In this document: positions 36,464 through 45,574 of the stretch, in pieces
Layout of the letters: each line of letters opens with the position of its first letter
Position numbering within the stretch: position 1 is the stretch's first letter
Assembly (NCBI GenBank): GCA_017544005.1
Contig: JAFYEZ010000043.1
Coordinates: forward strand, 505-64,504
Origin: Bacteroidales bacterium
GTDB taxonomy: Bacteria > Bacteroidota > Bacteroidia > Bacteroidales > UBA932
Direction: 5' to 3'
DNA: 64,000 nt
Notes under the pieces: model-generated
What the model was told of the DNA's origin: nothing
Seen by the model: only the letters and a program-made list of their open reading frames with translations
Databases searched by the model: none
Made by a program: the position numbers and the translations under genes

Positions 36464-37927
36464 TTATTTGCGCGGCGCATCGGCCAAAACAGCCTTGAGG
36501 AAGTTCCACCACTTCTCGACGGACGGGATGTAGCAACGCTCGTCCGGGGAGTGAGGCGACTTGAGGGTCGGGCCGCAGGAGATCATATCCCAGTTGGGAT
36601 AGATGCCGCCCATGATGCCGCACTCGAGGCCGGCATGGATGGCCATGACAGCCGGTTCCACTCCGTAGAGCTCTTTGTACTTGGCGACCATCGTCTTGAG
36701 AATCGGGGACTGCATGTTCGGGCTCCAGCCGGAGTAACCGCCAGCGAAGGAGACCTTGGCTCCGGCCAGTTCGAAGACGGCACGGAAGGTCTCGGCCAGG
36801 TCATACTTGATGCTGTCGGTGGAGCTGCGCATCAGGCAGCGGATGCGGATCTTGCCGTCCTCGGACTTGACGATGGCCAGGTTGTTGGAACTCTCCACGA
36901 GGTCCTTGACGGCGAGGCTCATGCGGTCCACTGCGTTCGGGCAGGCGTAGATGGCCTTGACGAGTTTGAGTGCGGTGCGGCCGGCCATGACGGTCTTCGC
37001 CTTGGCCGGTTCGCAGAAAATCTTGACGTCCGGATCGATCAGGCCGATCTCCTTGCGGACCACGGCGTCGGTCTCCTCGACCACCTTCTTGAAGTCGTCC
37101 ACCGTGTCGGCGGGAACGGCTACGATGGCGATTGCCTCACGCGGGATGGCGTTGCGCAGGTTGCCGCCCTCGATCGAGGAAAGCTTGCAGTCCATGTCGC
37201 GCAGGAGCGGGAGCAGCACGCGGGCCATCACCTTGTTGGCGTTGCCGCGGCCCTCGTTGATTTCCATGCCGGAGTGTCCGCCGCGCAGGCCTTTCACGTT
37301 GACAGCGAAGACCTTGTATCCCTTCGGGAGCGGTTCGTCCTTGTAGGTGAAGACAGCGTTGCAGTCCAGACCGCCGGCGCAGCCCACGTAGAGTTCGCCC
37401 TCGGTCTCGGAGTCGAGGTTGATGAGGATATCCCCCTTGAGCAGGCCCGGTTTGAGGGCGTTGGCACCCGTCATGCCGGTCTCTTCGTCAATCGTGAAGA
37501 GGGCCTCGATGGGGCCGTGTGCGAGGTCCTTGGACTCGAGCACGGCCATGGCTGCAGCGACACCCAGGCCGTCGTCGGCGCCAAGGGTCGTGCCGTTGGC
37601 ATAGAGCCAGTCGCCGTCTTCCTTGTGGACGACGCGGGTTTCGATCGGATCCTTGGTGAAGTCGTGGACCTTGTCGTTGTTTTTCTGGGGAACCATGTCC
37701 ATGTGGGCCTGCAGGATGATGCCCTTGCGGTTCTCCATGCCCTTGGTGGCCGGCTTGCGGATGATCACGTTGCCGATTTCATCGCGGAGGGTCTCCAGAC
37801 CGAGGTCCTTGCCGAACTTGAGCAGAAAGGCGACGGCCTTCTCCTCGTGCTTGGACGGACGGGGTATTTGCGTGAGCGCATAGAAGTTCTTCCACACGCA
37901 TTTGGGGGTGAGATCATGAATCGTCAT
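36464..37927 (-). CDS. pepD: Aminoacyl-histidine (Xaa-His) dipeptidase PepD, M20 family
   Basis: The N-terminus LTPKCVWKNFYALTQIPRPSKHEEK, the QAHMDMV motif and the 487-aa length are typical of PepD. Confidence 0.85.
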   Translation of the reverse strand: MTIHDLTPKCVWKNFYALTQIPRPSKHEEKAVAFLLKFGKDLGLETLRDEIGNVIIRKPATKGMENRKGIILQAHMDMVPQKNNDKVHDFTKDPIETRVVHKEDGDWLYANGTTLGADDGLGVAAAMAVLESKDLAHGPIEALFTIDEETGMTGANALKPGLLKGDILINLDSETEGELYVGCAGGLDCNAVFTYKDEPLPKGYKVFAVNVKGLRGGHSGMEINEGRGNANKVMARVLLPLLRDMDCKLSSIEGGNLRNAIPREAIAIVAVPADTVDDFKKVVEETDAVVRKEIGLIDPDVKIFCEPAKAKTVMAGRTALKLVKAIYACPNAVDRMSLAVKDLVESSNNLAIVKSEDGKIRIRCLMRSSTDSIKYDLAETFRAVFELAGAKVSFAGGYSGWSPNMQSPILKTMVAKYKELYGVEPAVMAIHAGLECGIMGGIYPNWDMISCGPTLKSPHSPDERCYIPSVEKWWNFLKAVLADAPRK

Positions 37928-37948
37928 AGTATTATAAGGTATTAATGA

Positions 37949-39007
37949 TTATTTCTTTTTCAGGGGGAGGGGATAGGTGCACTCGGTACCCAGCTGGTAA
38001 ACGGGGATGCGGCTCTGGAGCAGCAGCTGTTCGGCGTCAAGCAGGCGTACGGTCGCCGTGGCGGGCACGCGGTAGTGCAGCAGTTCGGCCGGCTGAGCGC
38101 TCTTTTTCTTTCCCGTTTCTTCAGCGGAGGCTGCTGCGGGCTCTTCCAGGCGGTTCTCAACGATAAATTCCAGCACGATGGGCCGGCCGGCAATATCGGT
38201 GCTCGGCAGCAGGCCGTCGGTATCGGAGAGGCGAAAAGCTACGTACATCTGGGCTTCGCGCGCCTTCTCGGGGATGACATCGAAGTGCATGGTCTGCTCG
38301 GAGGTTTCGCTCAGGCCGTAGAAGAGGCTGAGGTACTCCTGCTCGATGCGGGTAATCTCCGCGATGGCGGCGCCCATCGCCTCGCCGCTGTAGGTGGCGT
38401 CGGTGTCGCCGGTGATAATCTGGACCCGGGAGCGACGCAGGTCAAAGATGCGCTGGGCGGCCTCAGCGGCCTTGTTTTCCAGCGATTTCTCCACCACTTC
38501 GCTCTGCTGTACCGCTACGCGGCTGAAGGCGCCTCCTTCCACCACACTCTTGTAGAGCGTCGCGGTGGCACTGGTGAGGTTCTCGCCGAGGTCTTTCTCA
38601 TTGAAAGCACCCTGAGTGGCCGGAGCCGGAAAACGCCAGGCAATGCCCGTAGCTCTCTGACCGCCGCCCAGCGAGACGAGCCCCTGGGCGCTGAAGGCGA
38701 GGAGCGCGGATCCGCCGTCCGCAAGGCGGCCCGTTTCCAGCGTGTAGCTCTCCGACGGGTTGACCTCCGTCAAGGGCGTGAGTTCCACGGAGCGCAGGCG
38801 GTAGGTGGTGGCATCGGCCGTGCGTGCGGCTGCACCCAGGTACTTCTGGGCAAAGCGGGCGTACGGGCCGGCTATGAAGGATTCCTTCTCGGCGGTGACC
38901 TTCAGGTGGACCGTCGTCTGCGGAAGCGAATAGGTGACGCTCTCCTGGGCGCGGGCGCCGGTCAGGGCGAAGGCCGAAAGAAGGACAAAAGCAAAAAATC
39001 TTTTCAT
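37949..39007 (-). CDS. Hypothetical secreted protein (possibly DUF4831 family)
   Basis: It has the signal peptide MKRFFAFVLLSAFALTGARAQ. The ATG is at 39007; the track start at 39118 is an extension. The family name is unverified. Confidence 0.6.
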   Translation of the reverse strand: MKRFFAFVLLSAFALTGARAQESVTYSLPQTTVHLKVTAEKESFIAGPYARFAQKYLGAAARTADATTYRLRSVELTPLTEVNPSESYTLETGRLADGGSALLAFSAQGLVSLGGGQRATGIAWRFPAPATQGAFNEKDLGENLTSATATLYKSVVEGGAFSRVAVQQSEVVEKSLENKAAEAAQRIFDLRRSRVQIITGDTDATYSGEAMGAAIAEITRIEQEYLSLFYGLSETSEQTMHFDVIPEKAREAQMYVAFRLSDTDGLLPSTDIAGRPIVLEFIVENRLEEPAAASAEETGKKKSAQPAELLHYRVPATATVRLLDAEQLLLQSRIPVYQLGTECTYPLPLKKK

Positions 39008-39091
39008 GTTCTGCGGTTGGTGATTACAAAAAGCGAATATAGCAATTCTTCCCGTTCTTTGCAAAAGAGGTGCCGAATCCGATTTTTTTCC

Positions 39092-39099
39092 TATCTTTG
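39092..39099 (+). promoter_or_regulatory. -7 box TATCTTTG for the POT transporter gene
   Basis: A TAnnTTTG match 45 nt upstream of the ATG at 39144. Confidence 0.5.
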
Positions 39100-39143
39100 T
39101 CAGTTGTACTGAAATCAATTATTAACCATTCATAGTACTTTTT

Positions 39144-40853
39144 ATGCATTTTTTAAGTCTTAGCAACCTGTGGCAGACCAACCGCACGCTGGTCATCCTG
39201 ATCGGCATCCTCGTCGTGGTGGTCCCGTTCCTCGTATTCTATCTCCGGAAAGCAAAGAAAGAACACCCGAAGGGCCTGATTGCAGCAGCACTCAGCAACA
39301 TGGGCGAGCGTTTCGGCTACTACATCATGAATGCGGTGCTCCTGCTGTTCCTCGTCTCCAAATTCGGTCTTTCCGACGGTACGGCCGGCCTGATCTACTC
39401 GGTCTTCTATTTCGGTATCTACATCCTCGCCCTGATCGGCGGCCGGATTGCTGACCGCACGCAGAACTACAACCGCACCATCCAGACCGGTCTGATTATC
39501 ATGGCCCTCGGTTATGTGGCCCTCTCGATTCCGCTTTTCAGCAAATCGGCTGACGGCCTGATCGCCGACGGCAGCGCCGGCTGGTGGGGCATCCTGATCT
39601 TCACCTGCGTGGCCCTGCTCTGCATCGCCTTCGGTAACGGCCTCTTCAAGGGCAACCTCCAGGCACTCGTCGGCAAACTCTACGATGATTTCGAGGCAGA
39701 AGCTGCCAAGAAGGGCCCCGAGGCCCTCAAGGAAGCCAAGGATAAACGCGACTCCGGTTTCCAGATCTTCTATGTCTTCATCAACATCGGCGGCGTGATC
39801 GCTCCGTTCGTGGCCCCGATGCTTCGCAAGTGGTGGCTCAATGTCCACAACTTCGTCTATAACGCTGACATGTCGGCCCTCTGCCACCAGTATCTTAACG
39901 GTGACGCGGCGCTCAACGCACAGAAGTTCACCGAAACGGCCGCTCAGTCCGTCCTGGATCCCGCCGTTCTCGACAACACCACCCAGTTCTGCTCGGACTA
40001 TATCGACGTCTTCAACACCGGTGTCCACTATTCCTTCATCATCTCCGCAGTGGCGATGCTTACCTCGCTGGTAATCTTCTTCTGCACCAAGAAGAAGTTC
40101 CCGAAGCCTGGCAAGAAGACCGCTGTCCAGAGCGTGGAATACACCGCAGAAGAGAAGAAGGCCATGGCCAAGGAAATCAAGCAGCGTATGGCAGCGCTCT
40201 TCGCAGTGCTCGGCATCGCCGTCTTCTTCTGGCTCTCCTTCCACCAGAACGGCCAGTCCCTCTCGGTCTTCGCACGCGACTTCGTCGAGACCAAGGCACT
40301 TCCCGCTGAGATCTGGCAGGCCATGAACCCGCTCTTCGTGATTATCCTCACCCCGATCATCATGCTGGTATTCGGTGCGCTGGCACGCAAGGGCCGTCCG
40401 GTCTCCACGCCGCGCAAGATTGCTATCGGTATGGGTATCGCAGGCTGCGCTTACCTCTTCCTGATGGTCTTCTCCATCATCAGCAAGTATCCTTCGGGCA
40501 CCGAGTTCCGCGCAATGGACGCTGTCGCCATGGCACAGGCCGGCCTCGCCAAGGCTGCGCCGTGGGTGATGATCGTGACCTACTTCTTCCTGACGGTCGC
40601 CGAATTGTTCATCTCGCCGCTCGGCCTCTCCTTCGTCTCGAAGGTGGCTCCGAAGAGCATGCTCGGTCTCTGCCAGGGCCTCTGGCTCGCCGCTACCGCT
40701 ATCGGTAACCTCTTCATCTTCCTGGGTCCGATCTGGTACAACGCCATGCCGATCTGGAAGTGCTGGGGTATCTTCCTCGCCATCTGCCTTGTCTCTATGT
40801 CCATCATGCTTGGCATGGTCAAGTGGCTCGAGAAAGTAACCGCTGACAAATAG
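39144..40853 (+). CDS. Proton-dependent oligopeptide transporter (POT/PTR2 family)
   Basis: It has the GERFGYY signature, about 14 TM segments, and a large cytoplasmic/extracellular insertion typical of bacterial DtpT-like proteins. Confidence 0.85.
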   Translation: MHFLSLSNLWQTNRTLVILIGILVVVVPFLVFYLRKAKKEHPKGLIAAALSNMGERFGYYIMNAVLLLFLVSKFGLSDGTAGLIYSVFYFGIYILALIGGRIADRTQNYNRTIQTGLIIMALGYVALSIPLFSKSADGLIADGSAGWWGILIFTCVALLCIAFGNGLFKGNLQALVGKLYDDFEAEAAKKGPEALKEAKDKRDSGFQIFYVFINIGGVIAPFVAPMLRKWWLNVHNFVYNADMSALCHQYLNGDAALNAQKFTETAAQSVLDPAVLDNTTQFCSDYIDVFNTGVHYSFIISAVAMLTSLVIFFCTKKKFPKPGKKTAVQSVEYTAEEKKAMAKEIKQRMAALFAVLGIAVFFWLSFHQNGQSLSVFARDFVETKALPAEIWQAMNPLFVIILTPIIMLVFGALARKGRPVSTPRKIAIGMGIAGCAYLFLMVFSIISKYPSGTEFRAMDAVAMAQAGLAKAAPWVMIVTYFFLTVAELFISPLGLSFVSKVAPKSMLGLCQGLWLAATAIGNLFIFLGPIWYNAMPIWKCWGIFLAICLVSMSIMLGMVKWLEKVTADK

Positions 40854-40889
40854 TCTCGCCGCGCGTTCCCGCGCTTGACTGATACGAAC

Positions 40890-40922
40890 GAGGCCGCCCG
40901 CAAAGGTGGCCTCAGTTCTTTT
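40890..40922 (+). terminator. Terminator of the POT gene
   Basis: GAGGCCGCC cgcaaa GGTGGCCTC agttctttt. Confidence 0.7.
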
Positions 40923-40960
40923 CCGCCGGCTTCACTCCGGCCGCCGGGGTTGCCCCCATC

Positions 40961-41116
40961 TCGCCAAAACCGTGCAGGCTAATACGCCCTACAGCAGCCC
41001 ATATCGCGGGTCGTCCTGCACGGGTGGCCGATATTGGGCTGTCGTGCACGCTGACATGCCCTACAACCCCCTAGAACGCAGCTCCTCTTGCACCGTTTTG
41101 GCGAAAACCTAGCCGA
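40961..41116. repeat. Diverged ~72-nt tandem repeat with nested inverted repeats (unclassified structured element)
   Basis: The 23-mers at 40971-40993 and 41043-41065 share 19/23 positions. The outer inverted repeat 40961-40976 / 41089-41104 pairs at 15/16. The inner inverted repeat 40994-41005 / 41029-41041 pairs 12 bp with one bulge. Confidence 0.6.
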
Positions 41117-41185
41117 ACGGTCCAAGTGTCCCCAAGCGTGTGTCACCTGGTCCGGTCGGAGTGAAAATCAGGAATCTCAGCGAGC

Positions 41186-42535
41186 CTACAGGGTGTAGGT
41201 CAGGCCGAGGGTGAGGGTCTTGGCGTTGGGCTGCAGGGGGGTGCTGCTGTAGGGGATGGTGCCGCCGAAGCCGTTGCTCATAGCCAGCGTCAGACGGAAC
41301 TGCTTGTAGGCAGCGTTTGCGGAGAAGCCCCAGAGCGCGCCGAAAGTGCCTGCACCGGCATTCGCCGAAACACCTAGCCAGGCGTAAGGATTCCAGGCGA
41401 GTGCGCCGCGAACTTCACTGTAGGGCATGCCGTGAACCCCATAATAGGTACCCGTGAGGCCCACTGCCAGCGGCCGGTAGAAGGGCATTTCATAGCGAAC
41501 GCCCAGGTTGAGGTTGAGGGGAACCGCCTCGAGGGTGGTACGGCTCTTGACGCTCTTGATCTTGATGGAGCGCACGAATGCGTCCAGCTCATCTTTGAAC
41601 TGCTCCTTGAGTTTGCCTGACTGAATCTCATCCATCGTCAGGCTGTCCATACCGGTGAAGGTGGTGGTTCCCTGCGATTTGCCGGCATTGCCGTAGTACC
41701 AGAGAATACCGCCCAGATCCAGCGCGGAAGCGGCAATTGTCAGTCCTTCCAGCGGCGTAATCACGACGCCCAGGTCCAGGGCCAGGCCGGCGCCGGAAGG
41801 CAGTTTCCAGCGCTCCTTGGAGCTGAGTTTCGTCAGGTCGAGATATCCTTCGTCGTTTGCGCGGATCTTGCTCCAGCGGCTGGTCAGATCGAGGTCGGCC
41901 TCCACCTGTGCCTGGTAGGCGTCTTCCTGCATGGTCAGATCAAAGCGGGTCACGTTGTAGCGGAGCGCCTCGATGCCCACCAGCAGTTTGGCGCGGACAC
42001 CGACCGAGATCAGGTCGGAGAGCTTCCGGGAGTAGCCGTAGGCCAGTTCCACGACAGCGTTACCCGCCACGTTGATGCCGCTGAGGTCGTAGCTGACTTC
42101 GCCCGTACCCAGTTTGAGGATCGTGAAAATCTCCTTGGGAACGGAAGCGGAATAGGCGGCGCGGATGCCCGCCTCGAGGGTATGATAGGCCTTCTCACCC
42201 TTCCATCCGTAGGAGAAGAGGTTGAAGTGGATATTGCCGGTGAGGTAGTTGTCGTCTTTAAGGCTGCCGAGGAATTCATCGGCGGAAACACTCTCGTGAA
42301 GCGCGGTCACCACCTCTCCGTTGCGGGGGTAGAGAAAGTTGGCGGCGCCGACATTGTTGCGGGACTGGTTTTCCCACTGTCCCATGCTGAGGAAACCGGT
42401 CTCGTTGGCGAGCGCCGGATTGTAACGGTAGCCCAGTTGATAGCCATCCAGGAAGAGCGCCTGCTGGAAAGACTGTGCGCTGACGGAGAGGGCTGCAAAA
42501 GCCAAAACTGCGAGAATAAGGACAGATCTTTTCAT
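41186..42535 (-). CDS. Outer-membrane beta-barrel protein of unknown function (FadL-like/DUF5723-like)
   Basis: It has a signal peptide (ALSVSAQ) and alternating amphipathic strands throughout, and ends LGLTYTL. The family assignment is tentative. Confidence 0.65.
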   Translation of the reverse strand: MKRSVLILAVLAFAALSVSAQSFQQALFLDGYQLGYRYNPALANETGFLSMGQWENQSRNNVGAANFLYPRNGEVVTALHESVSADEFLGSLKDDNYLTGNIHFNLFSYGWKGEKAYHTLEAGIRAAYSASVPKEIFTILKLGTGEVSYDLSGINVAGNAVVELAYGYSRKLSDLISVGVRAKLLVGIEALRYNVTRFDLTMQEDAYQAQVEADLDLTSRWSKIRANDEGYLDLTKLSSKERWKLPSGAGLALDLGVVITPLEGLTIAASALDLGGILWYYGNAGKSQGTTTFTGMDSLTMDEIQSGKLKEQFKDELDAFVRSIKIKSVKSRTTLEAVPLNLNLGVRYEMPFYRPLAVGLTGTYYGVHGMPYSEVRGALAWNPYAWLGVSANAGAGTFGALWGFSANAAYKQFRLTLAMSNGFGGTIPYSSTPLQPNAKTLTLGLTYTL

Positions 42536-42541
42536 GGCGGA

Positions 42542-43708
42542 TTAGTTTAAGGGGATGGTGATACCGTCGGTCAGTTTGGCCGACGCGGATTTAATTCGGA
42601 TGCCCTGCTTGGCGGAGAGGGTGGTTACGCCAAGACCGGGCTGCGCCTTCAGTGCGAAATTCAGCAACAGGCCGTCGATGTCAGGAAGGGTTCCTTCCAA
42701 CGCTTCGATCGCAAGAGTGAACTTGGCATTTGCCGGGCTCTCCAGCGTGCCGCCGGGAATGGTAATGCCCGTGGTAATCTTGACGTTGTCGTTCACCACG
42801 TCGGCATCGCTCTCATTCTCCTTGGGCTTTAAGGCCTTGATGTCACTGACCGTCAGCGCGAGCGGAACGGTGTTCTCCACTTCGAGGGTTACTTCGAATT
42901 TCTTGACCTTGAACTTCGCGACAGGAAGCTTGGCGGCGTGTACAGGCACGTCGTTACCCGGGAAAGAGAAAGTCTCGCCCACGGCCAGGTTGCAGGTGTA
43001 GCGGTAGTTGATGGCAAAGAAGAGGTTTCCGGTGTCGTCGGAAATCTTGGAAGTGGGATTGGCCGGGAGGCTCAGCGCCAAATCCGTAAAGCTGATGAAG
43101 TTGACTGCGTTCGTCACCGTTTCCGGAATGACCAGGGTAACCACTTCCTGCTCTGTGGTCCTTTTCTTGAAGGTGAAGCTGCTCAGTTCCGGGATATTGA
43201 CCGTCTCGTCGCCGCTGTCGGTATCGTAGTTGTAGCTGGCCGCGCTGGTAGCGGGTACGTCCACCTTGAGCGGATTGTCCACCGTGATGGTCACTTTCTG
43301 GTTGGACGGTTTCAGTCCGAACATGGCGAACATGGAGGCGGCACCGGCGGGATAGCCCGCCTCATAACCGGTATTCCAGATCTGTGCTACGTTCGGGTCC
43401 GCCATCTGTTTTTCAAGTTCGTAGGCGTTGATTTTGAAGAGCGTCCCTTTGGATTCCACAAACAGGTTGTCGTCGTCCCCGACTTTGAGGATACCGGCCA
43501 GCGCGTCGCCGAGCCCGGCAATCTGGTTCAACTGGTCGAGGCCGGAACCGAGGGTGATGGGGGCGATGTTGCCCAGCGGAACGGAAATCTCTTCTTCAAA
43601 AAGCGTGAGGTCCTTGTTGAATCCTTCGGAAATGTCATACTCCTTCCTGGAGCATGAAACGATCATCGGAAGGATCAGCAACAGGCAAAACAGAAAACGA
43701 TGTTTCAT
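42542..43708 (-). CDS. Hypothetical surface lipoprotein
   Basis: It has the lipobox MIVSC and is 388 aa, beta-rich and Thr/Asn/Val-rich. It lies 6 nt upstream of the beta-barrel gene. Confidence 0.65.
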   Translation of the reverse strand: MKHRFLFCLLLILPMIVSCSRKEYDISEGFNKDLTLFEEEISVPLGNIAPITLGSGLDQLNQIAGLGDALAGILKVGDDDNLFVESKGTLFKINAYELEKQMADPNVAQIWNTGYEAGYPAGAASMFAMFGLKPSNQKVTITVDNPLKVDVPATSAASYNYDTDSGDETVNIPELSSFTFKKRTTEQEVVTLVIPETVTNAVNFISFTDLALSLPANPTSKISDDTGNLFFAINYRYTCNLAVGETFSFPGNDVPVHAAKLPVAKFKVKKFEVTLEVENTVPLALTVSDIKALKPKENESDADVVNDNVKITTGITIPGGTLESPANAKFTLAIEALEGTLPDIDGLLLNFALKAQPGLGVTTLSAKQGIRIKSASAKLTDGITIPLN

Positions 43709-43720
43709 GTTGTTATGTAA

Positions 43721-45118
43721 TTATTCAGAGAGTCCAAGTTCAGCCGCCTTCTTCTCCATGAAAGCGTAGGCGGCGTCGAAATCGTTGGGAATGAGGCCGT
43801 CCAGAATGGCCTCCTTGACGGCTTCCTTGATGATGCCAATGGTGTTGCACGGCGGAATGTGATACTTCTCCATCACGATTTCGCCGGTAATGGGATTCTT
43901 GAAGTTGCGCACGGCGTCTTTTTCCTCGACCTCCACCAGCTTGCGGCGAAGTTCTTCGTACTGCTGGCGGAAACGCTCCACCTTGAGCGCATTTTTGGAG
44001 GTGATGTCGGCCTTGCAGAGGATCATCAGGTCATCGATGTCGTCGCCGGCATCGAAGAGCAGGCGTCGGACGGCGGAGTCGGTCACCTCGTCCGTCACCA
44101 GGGCCACGGGGCGCAGGTGAAGTGCGACGAGCTTCTGGACATAGTGCATATCTTCCGTCTGCGACATCTTCAGGTCGGCGAAGATGCCCTTGATTATCTT
44201 GGAGCCTACATATTCGTGGCCGTGGAAGGTCCAGCCGAGTCCCGGCTCAAAGCGCTTGGTGCGGGCCTTGCCCACGTCGTGGAGCAGGGCGGCCCAGCGA
44301 AGCCAGAGTTTGTCGGAGGCGGCAGCCACGTTGTCGAGCACCTGCAGCGAATGGCGGAAATTGTCTTTGTGCCCGCGTCCCTCCACCATCTCGACCCCCT
44401 TGAGGGCATTGAGCTCGGGCAGCACGGCGGGCAGCAGGCCGCATTCGTCCATCAACAGCCAACCCACCGACGGGCGGGCGGTTTTCATGATTTTGTTCAG
44501 TTCGTCGGCAATCCGTTCGCGGGAGAGAATCGAGAGCCGGCCGGCGTTGCGGCGAATGGAGTCTTTGGATTCCGGGACGATCTTGAAACCCAGCTGGGTA
44601 GCGAACCGGATGGCGCGCAGCATGCGCAGGGGATCGTCGCTGTAGGTCGTATCGGGGTCGAGCGGGGTGCGGATGATGCCGTCGTTGAGGTCGCGGATGC
44701 CGCCGAAGGGATCCACCAGCGCGCCGTAATCTTCCCGGCAGAGGCTGAAAGCCAGTGCGTTGATGGTGAAGTCGCGCCGCTCCTGATCTTCCTGAAGGGT
44801 GCCGTCCTCCACGATGGGCTTGCGGGAATCGGCCCGATAGGATTCGCGGCGGGCGCCGACAAATTCGACCTCCATGCCCTGGTAGCGCAGCATCGCGGTG
44901 CCGAAACGGCGGAAGACGGAAACTTTGGTCCGGACCCGGGAGGCCACCGCCTCCGCGAGGGCGATTCCGCTGCCTTCCACCACCACATCGATATCGTTGC
45001 AGGGACGCTGGAGGAACCAGTCGCGCACGTAGCCGCCGATCACGAAGGCGCGGACACCCTGCGCCTCAGCTTCGGCAGCGATAATCTGGAAAACCTTATG
45101 GTTCAGTGCGTCGGTCAT
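43721..45118 (-). CDS. cca: CCA-adding tRNA nucleotidyltransferase / poly(A) polymerase family protein with HD domain
   Basis: It has FVIGGYVRDWFL...NDIDVVV and RRDFTINA, with an HD region (HDVGK). Confidence 0.88.
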   Translation of the reverse strand: MTDALNHKVFQIIAAEAEAQGVRAFVIGGYVRDWFLQRPCNDIDVVVEGSGIALAEAVASRVRTKVSVFRRFGTAMLRYQGMEVEFVGARRESYRADSRKPIVEDGTLQEDQERRDFTINALAFSLCREDYGALVDPFGGIRDLNDGIIRTPLDPDTTYSDDPLRMLRAIRFATQLGFKIVPESKDSIRRNAGRLSILSRERIADELNKIMKTARPSVGWLLMDECGLLPAVLPELNALKGVEMVEGRGHKDNFRHSLQVLDNVAAASDKLWLRWAALLHDVGKARTKRFEPGLGWTFHGHEYVGSKIIKGIFADLKMSQTEDMHYVQKLVALHLRPVALVTDEVTDSAVRRLLFDAGDDIDDLMILCKADITSKNALKVERFRQQYEELRRKLVEVEEKDAVRNFKNPITGEIVMEKYHIPPCNTIGIIKEAVKEAILDGLIPNDFDAAYAFMEKKAAELGLSE

Positions 45119-45519
45119 TCTTCAGCGAGCATCTCGGCGTACGTGGGGAGTGTAGTGGCCGTTTCATAGCCGGCCCGCGCCGAATTCCACCTGCAAAGAT
45201 AGGCAGTTTTTCCGTTGCTGATGAGAATAAACTTCACTTGGAGAACACGATTGTAACGAATGGCCTGTTCGATGACCGCCTCGTCCAGCCGAACGTCGGG
45301 GGCCTTGCACTCGACCAGCAGCAGGGGATGCAGCGCCCGGTCGAAGACCAGAATGTCCGCCCGGTAGCGACGGCCGTTGTATTCAAACCCGAACTCGCTG
45401 CGCATCAAGGTCTGGGGAACCTTCTTTTCGCTTGTCAGCCAGGCAATCAGGTGCTGCCGGACCTCCTCTTCGGGGGTGCGGGCCACCATCTTGCGCCGGA
45501 TTGGATCGAAAATCTCCAT
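45115..45519 (-). CDS. Stand-alone type I restriction enzyme HsdR N-terminal-like (PD-(D/E)xK) domain protein
   Basis: It has EEEVRQHLIAWL...RADILVF...LLVECKAP, a nuclease-like core. The ATG (MEIFDP) is at 45519; the track start is TTG. It overlaps cca in an ATGA. Confidence 0.65.
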   Translation of the reverse strand: MEIFDPIRRKMVARTPEEEVRQHLIAWLTSEKKVPQTLMRSEFGFEYNGRRYRADILVFDRALHPLLLVECKAPDVRLDEAVIEQAIRYNRVLQVKFILISNGKTAYLCRWNSARAGYETATTLPTYAEMLAEE

Positions 45520-45561
45520 GGAGATGCGGTTTCTTCTTGCGAAGGTAGTCAATTTTATTCA

Positions 45562-45569
45562 TACCTTTG
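45562..45569 (+). promoter_or_regulatory. -7 box TACCTTTG for holA
   Basis: It lies 6 nt upstream of the ATG at 45575. Confidence 0.5.
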
Positions 45570-45574
45570 CACAG

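Noticed and set aside
36395-37945. A 516-aa plus-strand ORF.
   Set aside because: It is antisense to pepD.
40906-41112. A 68-aa GTG-started ORF across the convergent intergenic repeat.
   Set aside because: It has no promoter box. Its composition mirrors the nucleotide repeats, and it starts inside the POT terminator. I treat the region as non-coding.
40854-41185. Possible identity of the structured spacer as SRP RNA, 6S RNA or another housekeeping RNA.
   Set aside because: I could not find the conserved SRP domain IV motif or tetraloop, or a 6S-like central bubble. The internal tandem-repeat organisation argues against these. It is left unclassified.
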